A program made the position numbers and the translations under genes. Shown here piece by piece: positions 1 to 10,133 of a DNA stretch of 57,310 nt. The first letter of the stretch is position 1. Each line of letters starts with the position of its first letter. The stretch is from a bacterium (lineage in GTDB: Bacteria; Patescibacteriota; Andersenbacteria; UBA10190): the NCBI GenBank assembly GCA_030698495.1, contig JAUYKA010000018.1:1-57310 (forward strand), given 5' to 3'. The notes below the pieces were generated by a model. It ran no database searches. It saw only the letters and a program-made list of their open reading frames with translations, and was not told where the DNA came from.

Positions 1-141
1 TGACGGTTACTTTGAGCCCTTGTAAGGAAAAGATTTCGGCGATATTGTTAGCCATAAAGGCGGTTTGTGTTAAGGATGTTGGTTTGTCCCTACACTAACC
101 GCCTTTTGTTAGTTTTGCACCACCATAAAGTGAGAAGAGCC
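1..141 (-). mobile_element. Probable left end of an ISL3-family IS; transposase starts at 55 and runs off the window
   Basis: Minus strand from 141 reads GGCTCTTCTCACTTT, an ISL3-like terminus. ORF start MANNIAEIFSLQGLKVTV resembles ISL3 transposase N-termini. Only 18 codons are visible. Confidence 0.45.
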
Positions 142-184
142 CTTTTCTGTTGCCCAAGCGCACTACCTCCAGTAATATGAAGCC

Positions 185-1984
185 ATGCCAGAAAAACCGG
201 CCATTACCTCCAATATTTACCGCACCCACACCAACGGCGAACTCACCACCGACAACATCGGCGACCAAGTAAAACTGTCCGGCTGGGTGCATGCCCGCCG
301 CGACCACGGCGGCCTTATTTTTATCGACTTGCGCGATCGTTGGGGAATCACCCAACTAACCTTCGACCCTTCCAAAAACAAAGATGCCTGGCAAACAGCC
401 GAAAATCTTCGCAGCGAATATGTCATCAGCGTAACCGGTCAAGTTACAGCGCGCCCTGCTGAAATGATTAACAATAAATTGACTACCGGCGCCATAGAAG
501 TTGCCATATCTGACATAAAAATACTAAGCCAAGCCGACGCCTTACCCTTCGAAATAGCCGACGATCAAGATGTCAACGAAGAACTGCGCCTGCAATACCG
601 TTTTCTTGATCTGCGCCGCCGGCGCCTGCAAGACATCATGCAAAAGCGCGATGCCTTCATCACGCACATCCGCCGCTACATGCATGAGCGCAATTTCACC
701 GAAGTAACCACCCCCATTTTAGCCAACTCCTCGCCCGAAGGCGCGCGCGATTATCTGGTACCCAGCCGCCTGCATCCCGGCAAATTTTACGCCTTGCCGC
801 AAGCGCCCCAACAATTCAAACAACTCTTAATGGTTGCCGGCGTTGATCGTTATTTTCAAATCGCGCCCTGTTTCCGCGACGAAGATCCCCGCGCCGACCG
901 CCACCCCGGCGAATTTTATCAGCTCGATTTGGAAATGAGTTTTGTTGAACAGGAAGATATTTTCAATCTGGTGGAACCGCTCATGATAGAACTCACCGAT
1001 AAATTCAGTGACAAAAAAATCACTAAACAGACATTCCCGCGCCTGACTTGGCGTGAAGCCATGTCTAGATACGGCTCCGACAAACCGGATTTGCGCTATG
1101 ACCTGCCCCTTACCGATGTTACCGATACTGTCACAGACAGCGGCTTCAAAGTTTTCGCCGATGCCGTCGCCGGCGGGGGAGTGGTCGGCGCTCTACGGAT
1201 ACCCGGAGGCGCCGCTTTCACTCGTCAGCAAATAGACAAACTTACTGAACACGCCAAGCAATTCGGCGCCGCCGGCTTGGCATATATTTTAATTAAAGAT
1301 GAACCAACCTCGCCCATAATCAAACATTTGGGGGAGGGGATAACCAAACAAATTATTGACACCGTCAAAGCCCAACCGGGCGACGCTATCTTTTTCGGCG
1401 CGGACAAATGGCTTAACGCCAGTAAAGTCCTGGGCGCGATCCGCATTATGTGCGCCGACATACTTAAACTAAAAAAATCCGACCAAGCCGCCTGGTGTTG
1501 GATTACCGATTTTCCCATGTACGACTGGAACGAAGACGAAGACAAAATTGATTTCTCGCACAACCCCTTTTCCATGCCGCAGGGCGGAATCGAAGCTTTA
1601 AACACCAAAGAACCGACCGCCATTTTAGCCTATCAGTACGACCTTGTTTTAAACGGATTTGAAATAAGCTCCGGCGCCATTCGTAACCACGAACCGGCCA
1701 CCATGTACAAGGCCTTCGCCATTGCCGGCTACACCCAAGAAGAAGTCGACGCCAAATTCGGAGGGATGATTCGCGCTTTCAAGTTCGGCGCCCCTCCTCA
1801 CGGCGGTATCGCGCCCGGCATCGATCGTCTTATGATGGCTCTGTGGGAGTTACCCAGTATTCGCGATATTTATGCTTTCCCTAAAAACGGCAAAGCGCAA
1901 GACGTGATGATGAACGCTCCTTCTACCGTCAGCCAAAAACAATTGGATGAGCTATCGATTTCCGTAAAAGAAGTGGCGGAATAA
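185..1984 (+). CDS. aspS: Aspartate--tRNA ligase
   Basis: YRTHT, RDHGGLIFIDLRD, PEGARDY, FYALPQAPQQFKQLLM, CFRDED and GAPPHGGIAPGIDR motifs. Confidence 0.98.
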   Translation: MPEKPAITSNIYRTHTNGELTTDNIGDQVKLSGWVHARRDHGGLIFIDLRDRWGITQLTFDPSKNKDAWQTAENLRSEYVISVTGQVTARPAEMINNKLTTGAIEVAISDIKILSQADALPFEIADDQDVNEELRLQYRFLDLRRRRLQDIMQKRDAFITHIRRYMHERNFTEVTTPILANSSPEGARDYLVPSRLHPGKFYALPQAPQQFKQLLMVAGVDRYFQIAPCFRDEDPRADRHPGEFYQLDLEMSFVEQEDIFNLVEPLMIELTDKFSDKKITKQTFPRLTWREAMSRYGSDKPDLRYDLPLTDVTDTVTDSGFKVFADAVAGGGVVGALRIPGGAAFTRQQIDKLTEHAKQFGAAGLAYILIKDEPTSPIIKHLGEGITKQIIDTVKAQPGDAIFFGADKWLNASKVLGAIRIMCADILKLKKSDQAAWCWITDFPMYDWNEDEDKIDFSHNPFSMPQGGIEALNTKEPTAILAYQYDLVLNGFEISSGAIRNHEPATMYKAFAIAGYTQEEVDAKFGGMIRAFKFGAPPHGGIAPGIDRLMMALWELPSIRDIYAFPKNGKAQDVMMNAPSTVSQKQLDELSISVKEVAE

Positions 1985-2008
1985 TCTCCAAGTCATTACA
2001 CTACAACC

Positions 2009-3235
2009 ATGCCTGAACCAGACATTACGCCGCGCGTCGTTCACCGGCCCAACCTTCACTATCGCCAATGGCTCGGCCTTATTCTCATGCTACTGGCCGG
2101 TGTTTATATCGGCCGCTATCTTTTACCCGGTGTGCCGCCGGCTTCTTTGCCCACGGTAACGATCGACCAAAACGGCGAGCGGCAAATAGCTTTTCCTACT
2201 TTTTGGGAGGCATGGGATCGCCTTCATGAGAAATTCATCGGCGATTTATCCGATGATACACTAATGTATGGCGCTGTCTCTGGCATGATCTCGGCCGCGG
2301 GCGACCCCTACACCGTTTTTGCCGACCCTGATGCCACCAAGCAGTTTAACGAAACCCTCGGCGGCAGTTTTTCCGGAATCGGTGTAGAAATGGGCATGCG
2401 CAACGGCGCTGTGACTGTTATCGCTCCGCTCGACGGCTCACCCGCCCAGACCGCCGGCATCCGTGAAGGCGATATTATCGTTGCTGTTGACGACACACCC
2501 TTAACGCAAGACACCACCTTGGATGAAGTAGTGCAAAAAATACGCGGTGCTCGCAGTACAAAAGTAAAACTCACCGTGCTGCACAAAGGCGACCAGGAAA
2601 CAGCGGTCATTACCATAACGCGCGACACTATCCACATCGACAGCGTTAAACTTGATATAACCGACAACATCGCGCGCATAACCGTAACCAGTTTCAACGA
2701 AGACACCGCCTCGCAATTCTTAACCGCGGCGCGGCAAATTACCCGCCAGTCAGTCTCCGGCATTATTCTTGATTTGCGCAATAATCCCGGCGGCTTCCTG
2801 CAATCGGCCGTTGATATTGCCTCCCGCTTTATCCCCGAGGGCCAGCTGATTGTTTCGGAGCGTGGCACCGATACCACGGAATATAAAGCCGAAGGCAACG
2901 ATATCTTAAACGGCATCCCGCTGGTTGTGTTGGTTAATGAAGGCTCCGCTTCCTCCAGTGAAATCTTATCAGGCGCTTTGCGCGATAACCTCCAGGCCTC
3001 AATAATCGGCACCACCACCTTCGGGAAGGGTTCCGTTCAGGAACTTATCAAACTAAAAGATGGCTCCAGCCTGCGCGTCACCGTGGCCAAATGGTTTACT
3101 CCCAGCGATCACAATATCAACGAATCCGGCATTGAACCGGACATTCAGGTTGAACAAAATTACGACACGACCGAAGACGAACCCTTGCTGCGCGCCACCG
3201 AAGAAATAACTAAACTGATTAATAACGCGCAATAA
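2009..3235 (+). CDS. S41 carboxyl-terminal processing protease (CtpA-like) with PDZ domain
   Basis: N-terminal TM; GIG..PA..AGI..GD PDZ; LDLRNNPGG, SASSSEI and TFGKGSVQ. Confidence 0.95.
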   Translation: MPEPDITPRVVHRPNLHYRQWLGLILMLLAGVYIGRYLLPGVPPASLPTVTIDQNGERQIAFPTFWEAWDRLHEKFIGDLSDDTLMYGAVSGMISAAGDPYTVFADPDATKQFNETLGGSFSGIGVEMGMRNGAVTVIAPLDGSPAQTAGIREGDIIVAVDDTPLTQDTTLDEVVQKIRGARSTKVKLTVLHKGDQETAVITITRDTIHIDSVKLDITDNIARITVTSFNEDTASQFLTAARQITRQSVSGIILDLRNNPGGFLQSAVDIASRFIPEGQLIVSERGTDTTEYKAEGNDILNGIPLVVLVNEGSASSSEILSGALRDNLQASIIGTTTFGKGSVQELIKLKDGSSLRVTVAKWFTPSDHNINESGIEPDIQVEQNYDTTEDEPLLRATEEITKLINNAQ

Positions 3236-3239
3236 CCAA

Positions 3240-3548
3240 ATGACCTCGCCAACTGACCAGCCCCGCGACAATCAAATCGGGGAACTGTGCCTATTGGTTT
3301 CCGGCCGTGTTCAGGGCGTATTTTACCGCGCCACCGTGCGTCGATGGGCGCGCGAACTAAAACTAAACGGCTATGCCAAAAATCTACCCGACGGCCGCGT
3401 AGAAATCGTAGCGCAGGGGAGTAAAGGCCACCTAGCCACTATACTGCGTCAGTGCTACAATCAAGTTAGGGCGGCTCGTGTGGAGCACATCGATGTCACC
3501 TGGAGGGACAAGCCGAGCGAACTTTATAAAGATTTTATAATTCTTTAG
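3240..3548 (+). CDS. acyP: Acylphosphatase
   Basis: VSGRVQGVFYR and GYAKNLPDGRVE. Confidence 0.93.
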   Translation: MTSPTDQPRDNQIGELCLLVSGRVQGVFYRATVRRWARELKLNGYAKNLPDGRVEIVAQGSKGHLATILRQCYNQVRAARVEHIDVTWRDKPSELYKDFIIL

Positions 3549-3567
3549 ATAAGGAGTTAAATTTCTT

Positions 3568-4059
3568 ATGTCAAAGAAGGTACAAGTTATTTTGTTGGAG
3601 AATATTGCTTCCTTAGGCCGCGCCGGCGATATAGTCGTCGTATCCGAAGGACACGCTCGCAATTTTTTATTCCCGCAAAGCAAAGCCGCTTTGGCGGATA
3701 GTAAAACTCAAAAACAACAAACCCAAAGGCTTGCCAAAAAACAAGCGGAATCTTCGGCTGAAACTAAAGCCTGGCAAGAACAAGCCGAACTGTTATCCCG
3801 CGCCGAGCTTTCTTTGGTGGCGGCCATAAAAGACGGCGATGACATATTCGGCACTATTACCCCGGCGGTTATCGCCAAGGAGTTAACCAAACAGGCCGGG
3901 ATAAGCGTGAAAGCCTCGCAAATCACGACCGAAGAACCGATTAAAAAAATAGGCGGTTACAATATTTCAGTTAACCTTTCACCGGACGTTGAGGCCAACC
4001 TGCGTCTAAATGTGACGGCAAAACCAGGAACCGGTCCGAGTAAAGACGAAGAAGACTAA
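3568..4059 (+). CDS. rplI: 50S ribosomal protein L9
   Basis: VILLENIASLGRAGDIVVVSEGHARNFLFP; IFGTIT; PIKKIG. Confidence 0.95.
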   Translation: MSKKVQVILLENIASLGRAGDIVVVSEGHARNFLFPQSKAALADSKTQKQQTQRLAKKQAESSAETKAWQEQAELLSRAELSLVAAIKDGDDIFGTITPAVIAKELTKQAGISVKASQITTEEPIKKIGGYNISVNLSPDVEANLRLNVTAKPGTGPSKDEED

Positions 4060-4074
4060 GTAGCTGCCAAACAT

Positions 4075-5832
4075 ATGTCCCCCCAAAAACATCGCCGTCC
4101 CGTTCACCGGCGCCGGCGCGTTAAATACATTTTTGTTACCGGCGGAGTTCTCTCCGGCTTAGGCAAAGGCATAACCGCCGCTTCCATCGGTAATCTCTTA
4201 AAAAGCCGCGGGTTTTCCGTTAATATCCAAAAGTTTGACCAATATATTAATGTCGATGCCGGCACGCTCAACCCGGCCGAACACGGCGAAGTTTTTGTTA
4301 CCGACGACGGCGCCGAATGCGATTTAGATCTGGGTCATTATGAGAGGTTCTTAAACGAAAACCTGAAAAGCACCGCCTCCGTTATGACAGGGGAGATCTA
4401 TCAAGCGGTAATCAGCCGCGAAAGACGCGGCGACTACCTGGGCAAAACCGTGCAGGTTATTCCCCAAGTTACCGACGAAGTAAAAAAACGCGCGCGCCGG
4501 GCCGCGTATTCCAACGGCTATGATTTTCATATCGTCGAAATCGGCGGCACGGTAGGGGATAACGAAGGGTTTCATTTTCTGGAAGCCGCCCGCCAAATGA
4601 GTCTCGATGAAGGCGCGGATAACGTCTTATACGTTCATGTCGTTTTTCTGCCGTATTTGAAAGCTTCCGATGAGGTCAAAACCAAGCCGGCACAAAACAG
4701 TGTCAGAGAACTGCGCAGTATCGGCATTCAGCCGGACGTTCTAATCGCCCGAACCGATTATCCCGTGCGCGACAACATTGTTGATAAACTTTCTCTCTAC
4801 ACCAACGTTGCGCCCGAGGCCATTATGCCGCTTGTCACCGTGCCCAGCGTTTACGAAGTCCCTCTACTAATGGAAGCGAAACAACTCGACCATGTTATTT
4901 TAAACAAACTGGGACTTAAAGCCCGAAAGAAAGACAACAGTCGCTGGCGCAAATTCGTGCAAAACATTAAAAAAGACAAAGCCAACGTTACCATTGCCAT
5001 GGTTGGCAAATACACCACCATGCTGGATACTTATGCCAGCTTAGTTGAAGCGCTCAAAGCCGCCGCCTGGCACAATAATCGCGACCTAACCCTGCGTTGG
5101 GTGGATGCCGAAGAACTGGAAAAAAGCGACCCGGCTAATTCTCTGGATAATATTGCCGGCATTGTCGTCCCTGGCGGTTTCGGTATCCGCGGCACTGAAG
5201 GTAAAATAAAAGCTATCCAATACGCTCGGGAAAATAAAATTCCGTATCTGGGTATTTGCCTGGGCATGCAGTTGGCTACCATAGAATTTGCCCGGAATGT
5301 GCTTGGAGTATCCCAGGCAACCAGTGAAGAATTTATTGATGAAGGAGATGTTTCGGACAAACTGCGCCAAGCTTGCGTCATTCATATAATGGACGATCAA
5401 AAATTTGTGAAAGAAAAAGGCGGCACCATGCGCCTGGGCGGCTGGGATTGTTGGCTGAGGGAAGGCACTAAAACATATACCGCATATAGCTCTATATTCA
5501 AGAAAGATTCACCATATTCCAACCTCCTCAGCCAATCCGCCGTAGCCTCCGCCAAAGGCGGAGCGAAGGAGGATCAATCCAATAAAAAGATAATCCGTGA
5601 ACGCCACCGCCATCGCTATGAATTCAACAATGACTTTCGTCAGCAACTAACCAACGCCGGCTTGCGTGTTGCCGGAACTACTCCCGACAACAAACTGGTC
5701 GAAATAATTGAAGTCGCCGATCACCCCTGGTTTGTCGGTGTTCAATTTCATCCTGAATTTACTTCCCGTCCCAACCTCGGCCATCCACTGTTCAACGCAT
5801 TTTTAGCCGCTGCCATCAAGCAATCAACTTAA
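4075..5832 (+). CDS. pyrG: CTP synthase, with a short in-frame palindromic insertion
   Basis: KYIFVTGGVLSGLGKG, DLDLGHYERF, GICLGMQ, ERHRHRYE and QFHPEF. Confidence 0.98.
   Translation: MSPQKHRRPVHRRRRVKYIFVTGGVLSGLGKGITAASIGNLLKSRGFSVNIQKFDQYINVDAGTLNPAEHGEVFVTDDGAECDLDLGHYERFLNENLKSTASVMTGEIYQAVISRERRGDYLGKTVQVIPQVTDEVKKRARRAAYSNGYDFHIVEIGGTVGDNEGFHFLEAARQMSLDEGADNVLYVHVVFLPYLKASDEVKTKPAQNSVRELRSIGIQPDVLIARTDYPVRDNIVDKLSLYTNVAPEAIMPLVTVPSVYEVPLLMEAKQLDHVILNKLGLKARKKDNSRWRKFVQNIKKDKANVTIAMVGKYTTMLDTYASLVEALKAAAWHNNRDLTLRWVDAEELEKSDPANSLDNIAGIVVPGGFGIRGTEGKIKAIQYARENKIPYLGICLGMQLATIEFARNVLGVSQATSEEFIDEGDVSDKLRQACVIHIMDDQKFVKEKGGTMRLGGWDCWLREGTKTYTAYSSIFKKDSPYSNLLSQSAVASAKGGAKEDQSNKKIIRERHRHRYEFNNDFRQQLTNAGLRVAGTTPDNKLVEIIEVADHPWFVGVQFHPEFTSRPNLGHPLFNAFLAAAIKQST
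5533..5580. repeat. Palindromic element inserted in frame in pyrG, bounded by CAATCC direct repeats
   Basis: CAATCC-gccgtagc-ctccgccaaaggcgga-gcgaaggaggat-CAATCC, 42-nt offset between repeats; similar to 39510-39535 and 52386-52412. Confidence 0.7.
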
Positions 5833-5908
5833 CTCTTGCCAATTAAGCATTTATAGATTAAACCAAAAACAGGGTTAATCAGTTCTTTGGCCAATTCAGG
5901 AGATCAAC

Positions 5909-6184
5909 ATGGTCAGTGCAAACACCTCTTGCCCCGAATCGCTGTGTATGCAAATATTCATCGGCTTAAGACCATACCCCGGCCTGTTCGACCGATTTCG
6001 GATCAGGTTTGGCGAAATTCAGAGATTTTTCGCCAATCCGCCCAATCCTGCAACCGGCCACCAGCTGCGATGTTCCCTAATGCGGCTCATCGGAGAATTC
6101 GATCATTGGCACTTCCATGTCCTGTCCGAACAAACCACAGCGCTCATCAATATGATCAACAATCACCTGAACGCCAAAAAATAA
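5909..6184 (+). CDS. Hypothetical protein (91 aa)
   Basis: AGGAG SD upstream; fills the pyrG-rpmA gap; terminator follows. Confidence 0.6.
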   Translation: MVSANTSCPESLCMQIFIGLRPYPGLFDRFRIRFGEIQRFFANPPNPATGHQLRCSLMRLIGEFDHWHFHVLSEQTTALINMINNHLNAKK

Positions 6185-6215
6185 AAAACCGTGACCTTTC
6201 AAGGTGCACGGTTTT
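6185..6215. terminator. Bidirectional intrinsic terminator
   Basis: aaaaccgtg-acctttcaaggtg-cacggtttt between convergent genes. Confidence 0.7.
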
Positions 6216-6230
6216 CTATCTTCACCAGCC

Positions 6231-6506
6231 TTACTTTTCCACGCTGACAAAGACCGCTTTTTTCAGGACGCCGCTAAAGCGTTTTATTTTCTTGGCTGCG
6301 AACTTGACCACGCCGGTTGAGGCGGCATACAACGTGTCATCACCGGCGCGACGCACGCCGTCACCCGCCCGGTAATGAGATCCGCGCTGGCGTATAATTA
6401 TCTCGCCCGCTCGCGCCTTCTGTCCGCCAAATATCTTCACTCCCAATCTTTGGGCGGCGGAATCTCGTCCTAATTGTGTTGACCCTCCGGCTTTCTTATG
6501 CGCCAT
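6231..6506 (-). CDS. rpmA: 50S ribosomal protein L27
   Basis: [29 protein letters not shown]. Confidence 0.98.
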   Translation of the reverse strand: MAHKKAGGSTQLGRDSAAQRLGVKIFGGQKARAGEIIIRQRGSHYRAGDGVRRAGDDTLYAASTGVVKFAAKKIKRFSGVLKKAVFVSVEK

Positions 6507-6572
6507 AACTTTTATTAATAACTATTAATAAAAAACTTACCAAATCTCAAAACCTTCCAGACTTTCCCATTA

Positions 6573-7811
6573 TTACACCTTCCGCAATTTGATAATTTCT
6601 CTTCCTACCAACGCATCCGGACGGGCATAAATCATCGTCCCGCGGCTGTTTGCTTGAAACAAACCCGCCAAAGCATCAGGCAGAAGATGTTCTTGACTAT
6701 AACCAAGCTTGCCCGCGAAGTCAAGCAAGGTAGGGGAGAGCACGGTAAACGAATATCCCCGGCGGCTCGACCGCCAGGCGGGCAAACAAAAAACCAGATA
6801 GCCGCCATTTTTTAAAATAGGCAAAATATTTTTTAAAGCGTCTTGGTATAAACCGATAATTGACTCGCTTACTTCGTTCAATTCTCGCTTTGATAGGGGA
6901 GAACTAATCGGATTTCCTAAATAACCCTCCGTTACTACCGCATCAAAAAGTTTCTGCCGAACACTTCTAAACGGCTGCCGCATATCCTGGACAAATAATT
7001 CCGGGAGGAGTAAGTCGTTTACCTCGGGAAAATTAGTCGACAGCCACAACAAATTATTACGGCTGGCTTCTATCATTGTCTCGCTAATGTCACTGCCGAA
7101 CATACGCGCACCCATTAACCAGCCTTCCTGCAAAATAGTGCCCATCCCGCAAAAAGGATCCAGCACAGACTGCTCCGGATTGATCTCCGGCAAAGCCAAG
7201 TTGATTAAAATCTGCGCCAACTTTGGGGGCAGCATTCCTACTCGTGCATCCCGCGCCGGCCGCGACGTGTCGCGCTTGGCGTAAGCGGCAATGTCCTGCA
7301 CAAAAATTGTCTCGGCGAGGACATATTCGTTTGCGGCTGTTTTAATAACCGACAGCTCTTTGTTGGGCGGCTGATGTAATTTATTAAATATAACTTGTGC
7401 CGCATTTAGACGGGTATCTTTACCGCCGGGCAGCACAAATCTCATTTTTACCCCTTTTGAACGCAATATCTTTTTTATATCAACGGCAATCTTCTTTATG
7501 TTTTCAAACACATCGCCGTATTGACTTATCCCGACTACAAACTTGGGAGCACTTGTGCCAGTGGATATTATTTCAGCCAAATCCTGAACAGGCCACACTT
7601 TATTCGTCTTTTTAATTACCCGCGCCACCCTGTCCGTACCGCCCAACCTGTTTAATAATTCTGTGCCTGGCTCTTGATTCAACTCGACTTCCATCCGCTG
7701 CCCGGTCAAGCCGATAACCTTGGGCTCAAGCTCCCCGGCAGTCAACACCCCCCAAACCTCCGCCGCTGACAGTTGCGGATTACTACCCAAAAAGAAAATA
7801 TATGTTTCCAT
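6573..7811 (-). CDS. SAM-dependent RNA methyltransferase, Trm11/UPF0020-like
   Basis: GMLPPKLAQILINLA, VLDPFCGMGTIL, GSDIS and VTEGYLG; start moved to ATG at 7811. Confidence 0.8.
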   Translation of the reverse strand: METYIFFLGSNPQLSAAEVWGVLTAGELEPKVIGLTGQRMEVELNQEPGTELLNRLGGTDRVARVIKKTNKVWPVQDLAEIISTGTSAPKFVVGISQYGDVFENIKKIAVDIKKILRSKGVKMRFVLPGGKDTRLNAAQVIFNKLHQPPNKELSVIKTAANEYVLAETIFVQDIAAYAKRDTSRPARDARVGMLPPKLAQILINLALPEINPEQSVLDPFCGMGTILQEGWLMGARMFGSDISETMIEASRNNLLWLSTNFPEVNDLLLPELFVQDMRQPFRSVRQKLFDAVVTEGYLGNPISSPLSKRELNEVSESIIGLYQDALKNILPILKNGGYLVFCLPAWRSSRRGYSFTVLSPTLLDFAGKLGYSQEHLLPDALAGLFQANSRGTMIYARPDALVGREIIKLRKV

Positions 7812-7897
7812 AATAACAATGTAACAATTTAACAATATAACAATTAATTAAGCAAAAACATCTTGCTCGTATCCTGCTATAGCCACAAACTGAAAAC

Positions 7898-8581
7898 ATG
7901 CCTAAAAACAAAATTCATCTCGCCATCATTCCCGACGGCAACCGCCGCTGGGCTAAGAAAAAATTACTTAAGCCCTGGGAAGGCCATCAACAAGCCCTTG
8001 ATAACAGCCGTGCTCTCATAGAATGGTGCCGGCAAGAGCCGCGTATTGCCACTCTGACATTATGGGGCTTTTCCACGGAAAATTGGGACCGCAGTCCGGA
8101 AGAAATAAGCCAACTAATGAGGATATTTGAGCAATATTTAAAAGATGAACGAAAACAAATCACTGCCAACAAAACCCGCTTTATTCACAGCGGCCGCTTG
8201 GATAGGTTGCCTCCTTCTTTAGCTCATCTTATCAGTGACATTGCAACGGAAACCAAAGATAACAACGATTTTACCTTTAACTTGGCATTAGACTATGGCG
8301 GCCGGGACGAAATTATCCGTACTATCCGAAAAATTCCCGCGGCGCAACATAAAGATATAGACGAAACAACAATACGCGCCTATTTTGACCATCCCGAATT
8401 GCCCGATATCGATCTTGTTATACGCACTTCCGGTGAGTATCGCACCAGCGGTTTTTTCATCTGGCAAACCGCTTATACTGAATGGATATTCGAGACCAAA
8501 CTATATCCCGAAATTACCCCGCATGATCTCGAGGGTTATATAAAGGAATACGATAATCGCCACCGCCGCTTCGGCCGGTAA
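7898..8581 (+). CDS. uppS: Undecaprenyl diphosphate synthase
   Basis: HLAIIPDGNRRWA, FSTENWDRS, YGGRDEI and IRTSGEYRTSGF. Confidence 0.96.
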   Translation: MPKNKIHLAIIPDGNRRWAKKKLLKPWEGHQQALDNSRALIEWCRQEPRIATLTLWGFSTENWDRSPEEISQLMRIFEQYLKDERKQITANKTRFIHSGRLDRLPPSLAHLISDIATETKDNNDFTFNLALDYGGRDEIIRTIRKIPAAQHKDIDETTIRAYFDHPELPDIDLVIRTSGEYRTSGFFIWQTAYTEWIFETKLYPEITPHDLEGYIKEYDNRHRRFGR

Positions 8582-8593
8582 TTACAAGCAAGT

Positions 8594-8641
8594 ACAGTTA
8601 CTGTATTCACTGTATTTACTGTCCTCGCTGTATTTACTAGT
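8594..8641. repeat. Degenerate 9-bp tandem array (CTGTATTTA family)
   Basis: ctgtattca-ctgtattta-ctgtcctcg-ctgtattta. Confidence 0.75.
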
Positions 8642-8655
8642 ATAAACGTGTGGAC

Positions 8656-9114
8656 ATGACTTCCCTCTGGGTATTGGTAAAAACCAAACGCGAATTGCTT
8701 TCCGGCATTCTTCTCGGCTTGGTGCTGTTTGGCGCCGGTTGGCAAACGGGGCGCGTCTCTTCCCCGTACTACGCCGCTAACCCGATAATTTTTTCAGATA
8801 CTTCATCGGCAAATTCACCAGCAGGCGACCAGGAACAATTAGTTGATCTGCAAGAGCAGGGGATAGCGCTGCGTTCTCCTGCCGCTACTGCTGTAAATGC
8901 AAATACGGCAACGCCGGCAGTAGCCGCCGCATCAACAACGGCACCGACCATGCTCTTTGTTGGCAGTGTAAATTCAACTCTTTACCATCACAAAGACTGC
9001 AGTACTGCCAAAAGAATAAAAACCGAGAACCAAATCTGGTTTTCTACCCCCGAAGAAGCCGAGGCTGCCGGCTATTCTCCCTCCCAGTGCACCAAAGAAA
9101 AACTGGGAATATAA
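8656..9114 (+). CDS. Membrane-anchored protein with C-terminal Ada-type metal-binding domain
   Basis: TM helix, Ala/Thr linker, FVGSVNSTLYHHKDC...F...EEAEAAGYSPSQC. Confidence 0.8.
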   Translation: MTSLWVLVKTKRELLSGILLGLVLFGAGWQTGRVSSPYYAANPIIFSDTSSANSPAGDQEQLVDLQEQGIALRSPAATAVNANTATPAVAAASTTAPTMLFVGSVNSTLYHHKDCSTAKRIKTENQIWFSTPEEAEAAGYSPSQCTKEKLGI

Positions 9115-9150
9115 CAACACATAATCATATATAGTCAATAATAGTGGGGG

Positions 9151-10133
9151 GAGCTTGATGAAAAACTAACCTAAAGCACAAAAAGTGCTGTTTTTGGTAT
9201 GATAGATGTGCTAAACAAACTAACACCAAAACCAACACTTTTATGTACTCTCAACATATTCCTACCTACGCTAGGTTTCAATGGATAAACAGTCGCAGAG
9301 TAATTTGTCTTTTAGAACAAGCGCTACCCTATGCCGGCACAGGGCGGCGGGGTCATAGCAAATCTTTGTTGTTCCGCTGGCTGATGTACAAACAAGTGAT
9401 GGGTTGCAGTTACCGCGATCTAGAGAGTATGAGCGGTGTGGATTTCACTACCTTTATCAAGTTTCGTGAGAAAATTAAACAGCAATGTTGGCTGGATAAT
9501 GTTTTTACTATCGTTGCCAAATCAGTGGTTAAAACAAGAAAATCACTCACGCTCATTACCGATTCTTCCTTTGTTGAACAGTATGCCAGACATAAAGAAA
9601 CAGGTGCTGAATATTCTGGCCACAAAGAGAAAACCGGCTTTAAACTGCATCAAATCATTGATTTCCGTACTCGTTTGCCGATGGCACAAGTTACTACAGG
9701 TGGCGCGAGAGCGGATGTGATACTAGCCCAACAGTTGGTGCAGAAATTACCTAAACGTTGGCCAGTGAAATCCTTTCTGGCCGACAAGGGTTACGATAGT
9801 AATGCCTTTGCGCAACAACTGCATCACAAATGGTTCGGCATCAAAGTTGGTATACCGGTCCGACGAACTGGTCAGGCTGCGAGAAAATCTAAGCGACAGG
9901 AGACGCCACTGAACAGACAGGCCAAAGAAGCTAATCGATGCCTTGATCTAAAGCTCTACAACAAACGCACCGAAGTTGAACGCTACTTTAGCCGTAAGAA
10001 ATATGTCTTCAATCTGGGCTGTGAACGTACATGTGGCATCGATAACTTTGATACTAATTGCTTAATGACATCTGTAATGGAACAGCTGGAGTACCTGGCA
10101 CGGCCGGGGTTAGGCTAGTTTTTCATCAAGCTC
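9151..10133 (+). mobile_element. Complete 983-bp insertion sequence (IS5/IS4-like DDE)
   Basis: 24-bp terminal IRs with 1 mismatch (9151-9174 and 10110-10133); TGGGGG target duplication (9145-9150 and 10134-10139). Confidence 0.92.
9243..10118 (+). CDS. DDE transposase
   Basis: ITDSS, GFKLH, FLADKGYDS and LYNKRTEVERYFSRKK motifs; stop lies inside the right IR. Confidence 0.93.
   Translation: MYSQHIPTYARFQWINSRRVICLLEQALPYAGTGRRGHSKSLLFRWLMYKQVMGCSYRDLESMSGVDFTTFIKFREKIKQQCWLDNVFTIVAKSVVKTRKSLTLITDSSFVEQYARHKETGAEYSGHKEKTGFKLHQIIDFRTRLPMAQVTTGGARADVILAQQLVQKLPKRWPVKSFLADKGYDSNAFAQQLHHKWFGIKVGIPVRRTGQAARKSKRQETPLNRQAKEANRCLDLKLYNKRTEVERYFSRKKYVFNLGCERTCGIDNFDTNCLMTSVMEQLEYLARPGLG

Noticed and set aside
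2308-3018. Long antisense ORFs (here and at e.g. 20390-20929, 40956-41546, 43160-43699)
   Set aside because: Shadows of well-supported genes on the opposite strand, with no motifs of their own.
5887-6375. 162-aa ORF overlapping rpmA
   Set aside because: It runs through a terminator and antisense to rpmA; 5909-6184 has the SD.
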